DNA from: Marsupella aquatica
Lineage: Eukaryota; Plantae; Marchantiophyta
Reading direction: 5' to 3'
DNA length: 64,000 bases
Assembly: GCA_973895155.1 (NCBI GenBank)
Contig: OZ316894.1
Coordinates: 5,666,944-5,730,943, forward strand
Within the stretch, counting starts at the first letter, position 1. Each line of letters begins with the position of its first letter. Positions 25,400 through 39,933 of this stretch are shown here, piece after piece. The notes under the pieces were generated by a model. It ran no database searches. It had not been told where the DNA came from and saw only the letters and a program-made list of their open reading frames with translations. The position numbers and the translations under genes were made by a program.

Positions 25400-27700
25400 C
25401 CCTGAGCAGGAAATCAGTCGAAAGAGATTGCTGACTCTCGACATGCAGCTAAATCGCAGAAGCCTGTAGCCGAATGCTTTGGAAAGAATACCTCTAGGGT
25501 TGGAAATTTCAGTGTGCAACCTGGCATTCCTATATTGAGGTATGAAGTCTGCGAATTTGTTTCGGATTGTCAAGAATGTTGAGCTTGGTAGATGAGTGAC
25601 CTAGTTAGATTTACATGAATCTGAGCCGGAAGGACTGTCTCGTTGTGAGCAAGAAGGATTGGTTGGAAAGTGAGTCCCAACCTGTTTGCCTTTTGTGCAG
25701 TGCAAAGCGACAGAGCATCACCACAATGCCAGAAGTACTCTATTGCTGGTCATAGCTTGTTGACACTTCGTCAGATTCTTGAGGGGATGCGACCGTGGAT
25801 GGGTAGGTGCTCTCTCTCGCTCTCATTGAACTTCGTGGCTCTTTTGGGTTTTCCATATTTGTTTCTTCAACCTCCTCTAGTGCAGCGCTCCCATGCAATA
25901 GGGCTGGGTGCTTCAAGGGTTTCTATGCATTCTTACCCAATCTTTTCAAATAGCCAAGGAATAAGTGAGGCCTTCTAAAGGTCTGAAGCGGGCACTCCTG
26001 CAATTGACGACACCATGTGTTTGGTGCAGCCGTTGACATTTATCAATTTATCAAATGCATGCGTATGAGACGGGCCTGATTCGCAAGTTACTGATGTAGA
26101 CTTTTTGACAACTTGCGGAGTCTAGTGTTTCCAGCACGGTATGTACCACCTGCAAATGTTTTCTCGACTCTTCTTCCAGAGTATCTTGGATTGTGAGTAT
26201 CTTGAATTGTAATCAACTTTCTTTCCCGGCTCTCTGGCTTAGATGAGTTTTATATTCGGGAACTTTTTGTTCGGTCCAGTCAAACTGTAATGTACTAATC
26301 AGCAACTTCGGCATGGAGTCCATTGAAAGAGTGCATAGGATAGAGGAACTGTTTGAGAATTTCTTCGGAAGAATGACTTTGTGGTATTCGGTGCCTCTGT
26401 TTGGCAGATGGAGCATTTTAAAGTGTCTTTATGGTTATTTACTATCTCGGGTATTAAAAATATATGGTCCAACTCCTGGCTTGAAAGGGAAGAAGTCGGC
26501 AAATTTGTGTTCATTCAATACAGGTACTGTTACTGTTCTTAAAATGGACATATGTCTGAATTTTAGTCCAATTCTCAAGTGATTAGAAGCATGCATTGGC
26601 AAAGAACCCTTTTGGGTGTGAACTTCCTGGTTGGAGGTAACCAACTTACATTCCATATGCCATGGGTCAGAAATTGTGAATATGGTCAGTTCCGGCCTGT
26701 TTCTATTTCAGTGATTGCTTTCAAGAATAGTCAATTTCGTATGGGAAAACAGCACTGTTCGCTCAGTTGGTATAGGTTTGGTCATCCAGTTGGTATCGCC
26801 CGGTAAAAAATTGAAATCACCAGCAACGGAAAGTCGTTCGGTCAGGACATTACTGTAAACAACATCTGCACAGGCGTCTGAATATCACTGCATCTGCAAG
26901 GGCAAGCTTGTACTTTTACATACGAAAGCCAGAGGTGGATTCTTTTATATGAAAGATGCACTGACTTTGTTAGCCCAGTAAGGTAGTTATGTCTGGTATA
27001 GCATTTTAGGTAGAATGAGCAACGTGCATAATGGGCAAGTTGTTGTGGGCGGATACAAGTCAATGCTATTGAAAGTCTTGGAGTCTTTTGAGGAGACAAC
27101 GCAGAGAGAAGGAATGACAATTGTTCCTAGCTGCATTCAACGACTTTATGATGTCTATGACGGCACCTTTCAAGTCCTTTATTGTTCTCTAACCACAGAT
27201 CCACCAATGTTATCGCCAGAAGCCATCTTAGGATGTTATCGTCGGCCTGATGTCATCATCTTTCAGCCAGGGTCTCGAAGCTGCTTGGCTTCATAAGCTC
27301 ATGTAAGAGTAACCTCATAGCATGTCAAGAAAGCCGTCTCCCAAAAACTTTGAGGTCTGAGTGCTTGATAAACCTCCCATTTGCTGTCCTCTGTTCGAAT
27401 AGAGAGCAAAGGGACAGAAATTGAGTCGTAGTGACAAGGTCTGGTTGACAACAACCAGCCCTCTGCCAATGGCATACAATGAAGTGTTGATAAGCAGATC
27501 AAAGATCAGAGATGCAGAAATTTACGACGTAGTAATCAAGGTCTGGTTGAAAACACCCAGACTTCTCCCATTGGCACGCACTCTAATGGACCTTCTGTCT
27601 GTCTGCCAAGGATATTGTCAAGGTATGTGATCAGAAGCTATTGCAATATTGGACATCCCAATCTATGAACTATACCTGTACCACTATCTTGACAGCAAAG
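25400..27700 (+). pseudogene. Highly degraded LRR (NLR-like) gene remnant
   Basis: Fragments RLLTLDMQ..LERIPLGL..NLAFLY (~25400-25540) and SLKECIG/IEELFENFFGRMT..ILKCL (~26320-26430), with many stops and frameshifts. Confidence 0.4.
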
Positions 27701-30700
27701 TTGCCGTATCGAGGGAAAAGAAAAACAAATTACCCTACTGGTAATAAGGTCCGGTTCCTCATCATTGTTACAATTACAAGGAATCTTAGAGTATTGTCAA
27801 GTAAGGTTTTGATCTGTTACACATGGATGGTTTCTATCTAGTCCTGCCTACCTATACTATAGTCCATATCAACACCTTCCCTTCATTACCTAAGCTGTGG
27901 AGTACAGCAGTAAGCTGTAGTTTCTCGAGTGAAGCCATAAGCTGTAATTTCTCTGGTCACAGAAACTTTAAATATTAAATTATGTTTGTGAGGGGCGGGC
28001 ATAGGAGTGTTAGTTTGAGGAGCCCTTCCTCTGCCTATGCATGGGTATTTGGGCTGGTACAGCCTGATATGTAGGGCTTGGGTTCTGGGTGTTGAGGGGC
28101 CCCATGGGTGCTGTCCAACGTGAGCTGCGGATGGGAATTTAAAAGCAAAATGTCATTGTTTATGCACATCAACAGGCTGCCCTTAGCTCATTTGGGCATG
28201 GGTTTGGGCCGTGGAGGGGCCAGAGGTGTTGTACAGTTTGCATAAAAAGTACTTTGGGCAACCCATAGTATTCATTTTAAATACATTTGGGGCGATCTAC
28301 AGCTCAAAACGGATCACTGAGACATATGTTCCCATGAAAATAGGCATCTAAACATAGGTCATATTTTGTACTAAATGAGCAAAAAATGTGATAAGGGTAC
28401 TTGTGCATCCTAAAGTACATTGGAGAGCAGATAGGGAAGGTTTACCTAAGCAAATGAACAGTAGCCGTTTGAGGCAGGGCCCTTTTTAAGTTGCAGCTGT
28501 TATATATTTGAAAGCAGAATGGGATTGTTTATATACATTAACAGGCTCCCCTCTCCCATTGTGGGGAACTGGCCTCTTGGAAGCCTCCCTACTGCGATCG
28601 ATGTATGATCAACCCCATCCCTATTTTCTGTTTCTTAATGGTTTCCAGAATGCACCATGCGCCTTCATATTTGCCTCTGGCTTGCCAGCAGGGATCTCTT
28701 TTTCTATGGTTAGTAAAGAGGGTTGACAGGCCTTGAATGCTTGACCCTGGTTGTAAAAGATTAGGTGTACGGGTTTGGTTTCCCTGTTTTATTTTCATGT
28801 TATGTTCTTACAAACCTACCCTCCATTACACTTCTGTTCCAAATTAAGATATATGTGAACATGCATTTGACTGGTAATGTGAGGTATCAAGTGGATTGCT
28901 ATGGTATTTCTGTCCATGTGATGGCCTCTTTTCTCATTCAAGTGAGGGAGTTGGGTTCTCTTTGTTCCCATATTTGCTGCATACATAACTTCCTACAACT
29001 CCATATAATAACACTGTTTTGTTCCCAGATTATTGTGTCACTGTAAATTTTTGTGTCCATCCAAGTAGCAATGCCAAACATTTGTGCTCAAACTTTGAGT
29101 TAAACCACAAGTTCCCATGTAAAGTACTTTTAGTAAACCCGTACTTTCACATATAGGACGATTGCCTATACAGAAGAGCACATCACATTCTTGAGAATCT
29201 GTGAATATCAGTGTCATCTCATTAGTTCACGATTGCAGGCCACCATTGCAGGCCATCTGCTGCTCAAAATGAAGATTTTGGTGAGACCTATGTTGTGCAA
29301 AGGAACCACATCTCAAAATAGTTCATATTTTCTAGAAATCATTAAAAAAAAGCTTTTTAAGGTTACAAGGGCCTATGACAATCTGACAGTTATCCTTAAA
29401 TCTAGGGAGATCTGGCACTCACGAAATAAACTCAGAAGATCAGACAAAAAGAATTCTTAGCATCTTCTCCTTGAGACAAGGTGACATTTACCATGCTTAG
29501 TGGAAAACAGAAAAAGCCTCCAAAATTAAGCTGTGGTTGAAAAACACAAAAACAAAAGAAGAGATTTCCTGGATTCCAAAATGGTCCCAAAAATCCCAAA
29601 ACAGTCCATTAATCATGTCTGACAATCTGGTGTCTGTCAAAAGATGCCTACAGTACTTGTATTTTGCGGTCCCACTCTCCAGCATTACAGCATACAAGGT
29701 CAAGGCGTAATTCTAGTACAGTACAGTACTGTACTAGTGAATGTACCGTAAAAGGTATACAGTACCGCTAAACACCGACTAGTCAGTCTTTCGGTGATCG
29801 TTTTGGTCTGTTAGCATCGTACGTCCCCACATGGACATACAGATACGGTCAAGATCGTTCCAAAGTGAAATCGGACGGCGTGATGCAATGCAAATGTTGC
29901 GGAAGGGAAAAGGTTCCATAAAGGAGGGGGGGGGGCCTGCAGACATGGTGTGAACAGCCTTTTTATTTTTGGGTGTGCTAAGACCAGAGCTACACCCTGG
30001 CAGCATTTATCTAGCCCGACTGGACATTCTTTGAAAGTAGATAGAGGTGAGTACATTCAAACCTGCTGTGTCATTTTCAGAAACTTGCCTTGTCTTCTAA
30101 TCCCCATTTTCCACTTGCACTCTCAGCTTCAGCAATGCCCCCAAAGTCATAGTCTAGAGGTCTCACTCTAGACCATAGGCCCTGAAGAGTAGCTCTCACT
30201 CCCAATTATATGGTTTGATACTGAGGGTGTGAAACTAGTGTTACTACCCAAAAATAGGGCAAAAGGGCTTATTTACACTAATTCATGCTTGCTATGCCTA
30301 AGTATTCTCATGTGTAACTTGGGGCACCCACCTTTGCTCCATTGCACCAAAAACGACTGCATGGAAAGTTTTGTTTTTTAAGGTGGCACTAATTTATTGA
30401 GTGTAACCAAAAATATCCTTCACTAGACTTAGCGTGCATAACACAGATTGTAGCAAACAGTGTAGAAGCTTCAATGGGATTTCAATCCCAATCGTCTTGC
30501 TGGGATGAGAATCTAAAGCTTGCATGGAACTTATCAAAACTAGGATGGCATGAATTAAGAGTGAGAAGGCTTGACTTTCATACAAAGAGCAATTTGGGAT
30601 CTCATCCGAGTTGAAAGCTTTGGATGGAGATCCCATCCAAACTCTTGACCTCCATTGACAGCACTTGAGACAGGGCAGTGAGATATGATACTCAAATACT

Positions 30701-33700
30701 GGGTCCCAAAATCAAACCATTTGGGGGTAGATTCTATGGTTCATTCATGGGAAAAACATCAAACATCAGTTTGGCAGCAAAAAAAAAGTCAACTTCATTT
30801 TAGTTTAATGACCAACCAAGTGACCAGCTAGCAGGAACCCGGCTACCACCGTTGGGTTCCCCCTCTGGAAAATACTACATCAAACCCATTGATTCAACAG
30901 TGCCGCTATACAAACATGGGAATTTGGCAGCAACAAAGCTCAGACCTGGGGTGTCTTCGTTGGGGTCTCGGTTGCCAAGCAGCAATCTTGCAACGAGGAT
31001 ATCAAACACTATAGTAACCTATTCGGCCAAAAAATGCACATTCTCAATTAACAAAATGAGAAAAAAAAGTGGGAGCCAACCCTGGCCCTTAGTCAAATCC
31101 ACCCACACAGTCCTCTTATCCCAATTGCCTCCCCAATCTGCCCTACGCCTACCCAGACTTGCCCAAAATGAGAATATAAATTGAACGCCTGCTTAAGCCT
31201 TGTGCACTAATTTGTGAATGTGGTGCCACCTTTTGAAGTTCTGATGCCAAATTCAACAAGGGTTTAACTAGCAAGCCTGGGCAGAGTGTTAGGACCAGGT
31301 TCTGAACGAGACAGTTTTGAATACATCATTAACTATAGGAGAGATTTCTCATCGTAGACTAGACTGAAGCTAAAAAAATACATTCAATTTGAGAAGTCCA
31401 AGGATTGGAGCAAAGAAAGGAATCACAGAGGTTAGCAAAGGCCCACACCTAATCATCGTCAAAGGTTTCCAATCCAATGCCTTGTAGTCGATGTCACTTT
31501 GGAGATTTGGGAGGCCCCACCTCTATATATTATTCCTTTAATAACTTGGAAAACAAATCTACAGTCAAGGAAAGTTTGCTTGCTCAAGGATAGATATCCT
31601 CTACATGTTGGTCCACCTCACAGTGCTAGTTTGGAGAGTAGGGAGATACATGTTAGAAACAGTTTGGCTCCACGCATCTAAACGAGGATGGTGAATATCC
31701 AGTAAAAACAAGGCCACTTCTCCTTTCTCTCTTTTCTTCTCCTCCAATGTTGGGACTCTCTCCAAAATCAAAATATCCAGGCTGAGATATCGATTTCCAC
31801 ATGGCTCCAAACGTCCACAACCAACTGACATTGACTTTGATTTTTCTTCGTCTCAGAACTCATCCTTTACTACCCAGTGAGGTTGGTCTCTCCCTATAGT
31901 TTCTGGTCTCAATTTACAAGCTCACTGCCACTATTGGCTGTGGTCTATTGCCTGGCTGGCTTGGCCCCTTGTGACCGCTTCCGTTCCTTTATTGCTTGTT
32001 ACACACAGTGAGTTTTTCCCAGGTCGAGCCACCCAACCAGTTGTGCGGTTTCTCTACTCAAGCCCCCCTATTTCTTCCCAAAAATAATTTAAATTTCAAT
32101 ACAAGAATACAAGCCAGGTTCCAAATAGCCAACAAAATCTAGGAGTTAGCAGCACCAAACACATCCAGTGAGAGGCTGATAGGGAATTTATGATCTTCCC
32201 ATGCAAAGAGAGCTCAATGCAAAATCATGCACTTTGTTAAGATTCAAGTATATAATGTATGTTAAGGTAAAAGTGTTTCTCTCTAAATGACTCCAAAGTC
32301 ATTTTATTAAGTTTTTGTTTTGTTTTTTGTTTTTTTTTTGGGGGGTGGGTGGTTGTTTACAGTTGCTTTTCTTTTTTCTGGTTACTAGTTTGTCCTCTTT
32401 GGAACTCTTTCTCTTTCCTTTCATTGTACTTTGTTTTTCTCTGATTTATAAATTTTAATGAGCCAGATGGCATTTCAACTCCAAACTTAAGTTGTTTCCA
32501 TTCTATCTCAATCCGGGAGTCAAGTCCACCAACGATTCTAGAAATTCTAAATTCCTACGCTTCCTATTTTAGTTGTTAAGAGAATGGGGAGGCCCCCAAG
32601 CGGGCAGACCCAAAAAAAGCAAGCCCAGTGAGGCCTATCAATAGCAGACTTCAACTGAAATATACTCTCCCCCACATCGTTATAATAACTCCCTCCCACA
32701 TCGTTATAATAACATTTCCCCATACAAGACTCCAAGGTGATTGAACAAGGAGGAAGTAAATATATGGATGTGGGTCACCTCCAGATAGAGGGGCACACAA
32801 TGCACAAACGTGAAGCCGCGTTTTGTCAAATAGTAGTCCAACACAATCATGTAAGACAAATTGTCCTAACACTATGACAAGAAAGATATTCAAGATTCTT
32901 GGACATTGATATTAGGACGGCCACATTCTTTTATGTCTCTTGAAATCTTCAGTTGGATATTTCGTTGTCGTAAAGAAATCGGTCCCACTGCTAGGATAAG
33001 AATCTCCTCCACAGCCAGCCAATACGTGACTTTCCATGCATGAACGATGGAAAAAGGGAGTGCACGAATCTTCCTTCAGAGTTCTTACTGCATGGGAATC
33101 TTTAATGAGCCCATCTAGATTCATAACCTACTGGAGTGTGGTCCCTACGGAAGATTTTTAAATTGTTTACATGCTTCATGAAATCACAAATACTGTGCAC
33201 TCGTGTTCATCCTTTTAAAACTGACATTTACTAAAATTGCACTTATTTTTCTTCCAAATCCATTCTTTGCCACTCCCTTTGCCACTCTCTTTTCAGCTGT
33301 TAAACAATCTGAAAACATCCAGCTAGATTTTACTGTTGGATGGTCATATGTGTCCTCTACAACCCTAACCACAGCACCCTTTCCAACCCTCCACATTGGA
33401 TTGGGTCTCTTACTTTGCTTCCGCTCCAGCCCGCTCTGTCCACTACTAGTTGATTGCCCCACTCCCCCACCCACTGGTCCAGGGTGGGAGAGGGTATTGA
33501 GATTAAGTTGAGGACAGTGACTACCTCCAATGATGAAAGCTGGCAGGATGTTGAGCAATGGATCATTCTAAGCTAAGTATAGTTGCTTGCTTAATTGGCC
33601 TGGTGTGCTATATCAGATTAAAAGATTGAAGAAAGTATCAAGCACTAAGGTGAATGAGAACTTTTCCCAAGGGCCAGGAGAGTTTTCAGGAAGGGAGGAA

Positions 33701-36700
33701 GACCTACTGTAGGTATCTTGGTAGTCACACAATGCTGGAATTATGCTTGGACACATGTAAGACTAGCAGGATGAGCTAAAAGCAACATGTGACTGATGAA
33801 ATTGCAGTGTTGGGATCCTACAATGCGCCTGAAGTTCATACCTTACCCATCTGCAGCTAGCATCTCTATATATTGCATCATATAATCACCAAACCACACG
33901 CCAAAGCCTGCTGATTTTAGTAACAAACCTCTCGATGATGTAGTTTATTTTGACTACTCTAAATCATTCTTTACATTCTTTTGATTTGTGAGTCATAAGC
34001 TTGGATGGGATCTATGGAATGTACATCATAACTAGGCTGACATGGACTTTAGTGTGAAGAAACTTGACCTTATACAACGAGAATTTGGGGATCCCATCTA
34101 GAATTCAATGGTTTGGAAAGTGATCTCAATCCATCCCAGCTTATGACTCCTTTTCTTAATGTAAGGTTTCCCGATTTTTCATGGAGAGAAAAGTAACCAG
34201 ATCTACAACAGTTGGTTAAGACAACTAGTTAAACACTTTGCAGAATAATAGTAATGACTGGTTAGCACTCTGTCTTCAAAGATTAGATGAGATTCTTCCA
34301 GTACCCTAAAGCACCTGCCTGCAAAGTTCAAAGCAAAAGGGGACAAAATTACTAGCACCTAAATATTCCCTGGCAAAAGATTCCCATTCCACCTTCCCCA
34401 AAGCCTATTTAGCCGACCCTCTTATTCTTAAAGGGACCCACTACCTCCACCCTAATCAGGGGTCAATGGCGCACCTAAATTTCAGGCAAGACAAATCTCC
34501 GCAGCCCAAGATATGGCTCTACTTTTTGTTGAACTAAAGATTCAGCTACTCCCAAGTCCCAATCGAACTACACACTGTTTTTCTCTTTTTATTTTATTTT
34601 AAGGAACACTATACTTGAATGAATGCAAGACCCATTAGAACAGGGAGAAAAAATGCCAGACCCACAAACCAGGTCAAGGACCAACAGCAACCCAGCAACC
34701 GAACACGTTCAGTCAAAACACTTCGATTTGTTTAAGATATAAAAAAACGTATTCAGTTTTGTGTATTCACACAAATCTAGTGTAACTGTACAATTGATGT
34801 AGTCTAGGACTATTGGACGGTCTGGCTGGGTGACAAAGGGACCCTCCTTTATTACTTTTGTTGGGAATTTTTGATATTATCAGAGAAATTACAGCCTATA
34901 CTTTCATACCACTAAATAGGTCATGAACACTAGATTTGATCGTGAATTATAGCTAGCAAAAATAGATCAGAAGCATTAAATTCATATCCAACAGGGCTAC
35001 ATTCATACCCTGGTGGCTCTGTGATGCCAGTCTATTGGAGCACACTTCTCAATCCTGGCCCTGTTGTCTTCTCTACCACACACTTTTGGACTCGCTTCAT
35101 AGGGGCCTTCTGCTGGGTTGGTTTTTGTGCCTTTTTCAAGGGGCTTTCTTTTGTCTTACTGGTTTCTCAGCTTGTTGCACAAGGCCTATCTTCTCCTGTG
35201 AACACCACCTCTAATATTGTTTGCCTTTTGACTTCTAATCTCTTTTGTTGGCTTCTCAGGCTAACCTCTTTTGTTGGATTCTTCCTAAAACTGAAAGCAA
35301 CTACCCCACCAGGAACATGATTGGCACCTCACAACAATGGGCAGGTACAAGAAATTAACAAAATAGGTATTTATCTCCCTGGCTCTCATGGGTGTTTCCT
35401 TTGTTATTTTTGCTATCTCCAAATTACTTGAAACCCCCATATATATCTCATTTACCATTTCCATTTTCAAATATGATTAGACACCCCCGCCCCCTCATTC
35501 CTTTCCATGCCCTCAATCAAAGAAAAGAAAAGTTGCCTATCGTGTGCCTTGAACATGCCACATCATAGTCTCAACTGACCTCCAATACAACTAGGTCACA
35601 CACTACTTCTGTGCATCAATTCTCCATGCTCATTACCATTTAATATTTTATAATTATTTTATATTTTATATTAACAAATATATTGATATTTTTAAAAATT
35701 GATATTATAGTTTTACATTATTTGTGAATAAGTTAAAACTATCAAACATTAGAACTCCTCAAAAATTTGTGTCCTCAAAACTGAACTGGGACCCAAAAAT
35801 GGGGCTAGCCTGAAACTAAAGTGAGACACAAAAATGGAGAGTATTCCGGTGTACTATGGGGGAGAATCGAGATGCATTGAATGACAATGCAGGACTCGTC
35901 TCCCTGAATGAAAAAAGGGACCTAGTATCAATTTTTTAATAAATATTCTTTAGAATGGGGGTGGGACCACCACCGATATCTGTGTTCTCATGGAGACGGT
36001 ATTATGTATTGTCTGCATGCATGCACTCTACCTGGAGGGCAAAGGTTTTAAGAGGGTTCATTGGCTCCCTCTCTGGAACGATTCCTTTTGTCTTCCCCAA
36101 AAACCAGTCGGTTGCATCCAGTAGACCAGTACAACCAAAAGAATTGACAACTTTTATTTGCGCATCATCCATAAAGATATTCACACAGCAAATAAACCAA
36201 CAAGGTACGAGAAAAGTAGTCGGTCGAAGTTTTTAGGCGTGATCACAAGCCACCCACACCTGAGTGGGGTTAATGGTCACCTCAGCTGGTGGACGTGACA
36301 GACAGGTCTGAAGTTCAATCCTGACAAGGACAATTATGCTCAAATGAGTTTTGTGCCAAACCACTTCCAGTCTATCAAATGTGTAAGTTCTATGTCTTAA
36401 CATCTTATGCATCAGCGACATTTGTGTTGATTGTAAGAAATCATCCTCAAATATCGATGCTTATGCACAGGAAACTGAGGGAAGGTTTCTTGCCCCTAGA
36501 TTCTCATGCCCATCCCTATTCAAAGCAGTCTAAATAGATTCGCATGTCTGTCAAGTATTCACTGATATATTCTAAATATCTTTGCAAAGTGTTATGAGCA
36601 CTGATAACTAAACTTCAATTGTAATAACAATATAGATGAACTAAGTACATCTATATTATTATTATTATTTTCCCTACATTCAAGCTAGATGCATATCTTG

Positions 36701-37194
36701 TCAAAAAGCTCAGTTTCCCCTGAGAACAGCCACTCAAGAAAAATCACAAAAATACTTCCAGTTCTCTTTATTAGCTTGGTTTCCAAGGCAAAGGCGTTGT
36801 TGCTTTGTATGGCACTTGTTGGTGCTGTTCTGTGTTCCCCTTCCCGCGGGGCTATTTGCGGGTTTATTTTCAATATTATAAAATCACCCTTTAAGGAAGG
36901 CAAAGACAAACCGAACCACAAAAGGCTAATAAAAAGTGTAATTAGAGCCCAAGTCAATTTATGCTTCAATCACCTTGGAGTCGCAAGCACGTAATGTTGA
37001 CACGGCACGGACTACAATCTTGCCAACATTTTGGCTTTGTGAAAGGTCACCTAAACATTGTTAAAAAGAAAATAAATACAAGTACAATGTTAAGAAGTCA
37101 ACACACACTAATGACAACAAAGACTTTATGCAAGCTTTCGTAGCAAGTCAAGCACAAAATTATTTTCTGGGGCGGGTTCCAGCCGCCGCGCATA

Positions 37195-37217
37195 CCCCCC
37201 CCCCCCCCCCCCCCCCC
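37195..37217. repeat. C23 homopolymer
   Basis: Directly visible. Confidence 0.9.
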
Positions 37218-38489
37218 AAAGAAAAGAAACACAAGGACACAAACTCGTTGAAGTGATAAGATGTATTTTTAAAATTGAGGACGACTTGGTTTGTGCTAAA
37301 ATACGCAGCATATTCAATTACTATCAACAAGTACTGAACACTTAAGATATCGTTAGCATTATTCAATTTACTACAGGACAAAGTAGGGAATCAAGGATGA
37401 ACGTGCTACATTCAAGTTTTACTAAGTTGTGACATATATATATTAAGTGCCAAACATAATCCACCAAATTGGGAACTTAAAATCTAACCACTCCCTCTAC
37501 CCAAGAGGTTTGGTCACAAAAGCTATACTGTTGTAAATATCCTCTCTTAGTATTATATGGTGTATTTTGCAAGAATGGTATTTACACCATATAATACTAA
37601 GAGAGGATCCCCTAATCACCATTGATACCCCTATGGTATCATATGCGCAGAAAAAATGTTTGGAGACATTTTAGTGTCAATTTCACATGCCATTAAGTGT
37701 ACGTTTTCCCAGGTCAGGATTATACAGGGGCACTGCAGGGAATTGTTGCTCCAACTGTCTATCTGCAAAATGTTGCCTTCCAAAACCTGGGTATCATGCC
37801 CACTCACTTCACTCTTTACTTGTGCCTCTAAAAATTCTGCAGTGCCGCCCAGTTCACATGTCTCTACTATGAAGAGTGACGTGGGCTAGGTCCAATTGTC
37901 CAGAATTTGAGTCTGCCCTGTCATTGTCTATCGGTCCAGTTTAAAATTTTCGTCATTATCAACCATTGGAACCCTTACAAGATAAACTGGTTTGTGTTCT
38001 ATGCTTTGCAAAATGTTCACCTATTATATCTACCCCCAATATTCCTAAGGGTGATGCAGTGTAAAGATTACTTTTCTCTACATTGAGTGGCATCTCATTT
38101 AGCCACTTTCCAGTACACTTATCTTGTTTTCTATTTCTGTTTTGTTTGTGGCATAAAGTGCACCTAGGCTTGAGGAGCACTTTCCAGTGGGCTTATCCTG
38201 CCTCTCTGGTCCTTGCTCTTTGTATTTTTGCTCCTTGAGGTGTTTCTTTAAGTGAGTCCTTGCTGCAGTTGATGGCTCCATTGCCTCTTTGCCCTTTCTG
38301 CGATATTTAGTGTTCCTTTGCAGCTGCTCGGGTAGTGAATGGCTCCAAGTATCAACTTTCACAAAAATGTAACATTAGATTTGCAAAAAGAAGCTTGCCC
38401 CCTTATACTATAACCATGTCATACTTGAAGACATATTTATGACACTACATGTGCACCATTAGATTGCAGGGTAAATCTTTCTTTCTTTT

Positions 38490-38595
38490 TCTACTTTCCA
38501 GGTTTCTAGGGTTTGCATTTGCCTTTTTTTTCTGAGTTTGGTGTTAGTCCTTTCTTGACCTCGCTTGCTTTTGATCCATTGTATCTTGTTTTGTT
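38490..38595 (+). repeat. Older, more diverged CRE-like 3' UTR copy (similar remnants at 32380-32450 on + and 44205-44280 on -)
   Basis: Same block order TGAGTTTGGTGTT..GACCTC..TTGTA.CTTGTTT as in 870-1012. Confidence 0.55.
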
Positions 38596-39848
38596 AAGGA
38601 TTGTTCTTAGTCTTGTGACTCAAAGGTTACGACAATTAGGTTAACCTCAGTTAGGGACTTAGCTGAGGTTAGGTTAGTCATGTGTCACCTTGCCTATACC
38701 AGGGCTAGTGTAAGCCGCTGGTACATGGTGCTTTCTCATTGTAATGGAGCAACTTGAGGAAGAGAAAGAGTTTGTGTGTTTGACTACTCTGAAGTAAAGT
38801 TGAAGTGTTCATGTGGACGTAGCCTTGGAGAAGAGGTGAACCACGTATGGATTGTGTCGACTACGTATGCATGGTATGAGTCATGATTGTATCGTCATGA
38901 AAGAAGATGTCATAATTCAACATGTTTGGCCTTTTTCACTAAATTAGTCCCATATTGTTGCCTCATAGAGGAAAAAGAACCTCAAAGCAGACATTGGAAT
39001 TGTACAGAGTAGAGCACTACTGTTCTCTACATTCCCGCACCCCAAACCCACCCCCCATATTGATCAAAAATATAAACCTGGCCCCAAAGCAATTATCAGG
39101 TTTCCCTCCTTTTGGTATCATGCAGGTTAGCTTAACCAGATTAAGCTAACCCGACATAGCACTTAATTAGTCTGTGGACATATGGAGGTTTGTAAGTTTT
39201 CCAAGCTAACATCTACGCCCCTGGCCACAGAAAAGGAGCTGAAATTAAGGGGACCAAAATGCTGTAGTTTCTGCTTATTGGAAATAATGTAGACCCTCAT
39301 TGTGCTGAATGCCAGGTTGTGCAAACCATTCTAGGGTGAGGAGGGTGTATTTGGAGGCAGTTAGCAAGGGCTTTGTCACAAGACTCCGTATGTACAAACC
39401 AATTGCATGGTATGTTGCGTCAGTCTAGTCAAGCTAGCCAACCTATGTATACAATAGTGGGCAACCTCAAAATTGAAATTGGTTTGGGGCAGGTTAGAGT
39501 GTTTTACCAGTTTCGGGGATAGGATGGTAAAAAAGGGTAGAGCAATCGGGGAAATTGCTTTTGATACTAGAGTAGAGAACAGGGTCATCTTAAATCCATC
39601 ATTCGTGTGGTCCCTTGGAAGCAATAGCACGTCATCCCATACGTCTTGCATTCAAATCTTGGTCCAGTGCAAGTGCAAGATCTGGGTATGGGGTCCCTCA
39701 AATACACACATGTCGCGTGTTAGAGCAAAGGATTGGCAGGGTGGTAGCTGAGCGGTCAGTAGCCTTCCACAACATTTGATGATAGAACAAAGATTGCAAT
39801 ATCCCTGACATAAAGTTATTCCTCCTACATTACCAAGTCTCGTTCAAT

Positions 39849-39933
39849 TAAAACACATTCCTCTCATTTCACGAAGGTGGCTTTTAAAACACATTCCTCT
39901 CATTTCACACAGGTGGCTTTTAAAACACATTCT
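39849..39933. repeat. ~35-bp tandem duplication (2.3 copies)
   Basis: TAAAACACATTCCTCTCATTTCAC..AGGTGGCTTT is repeated. Confidence 0.85.
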
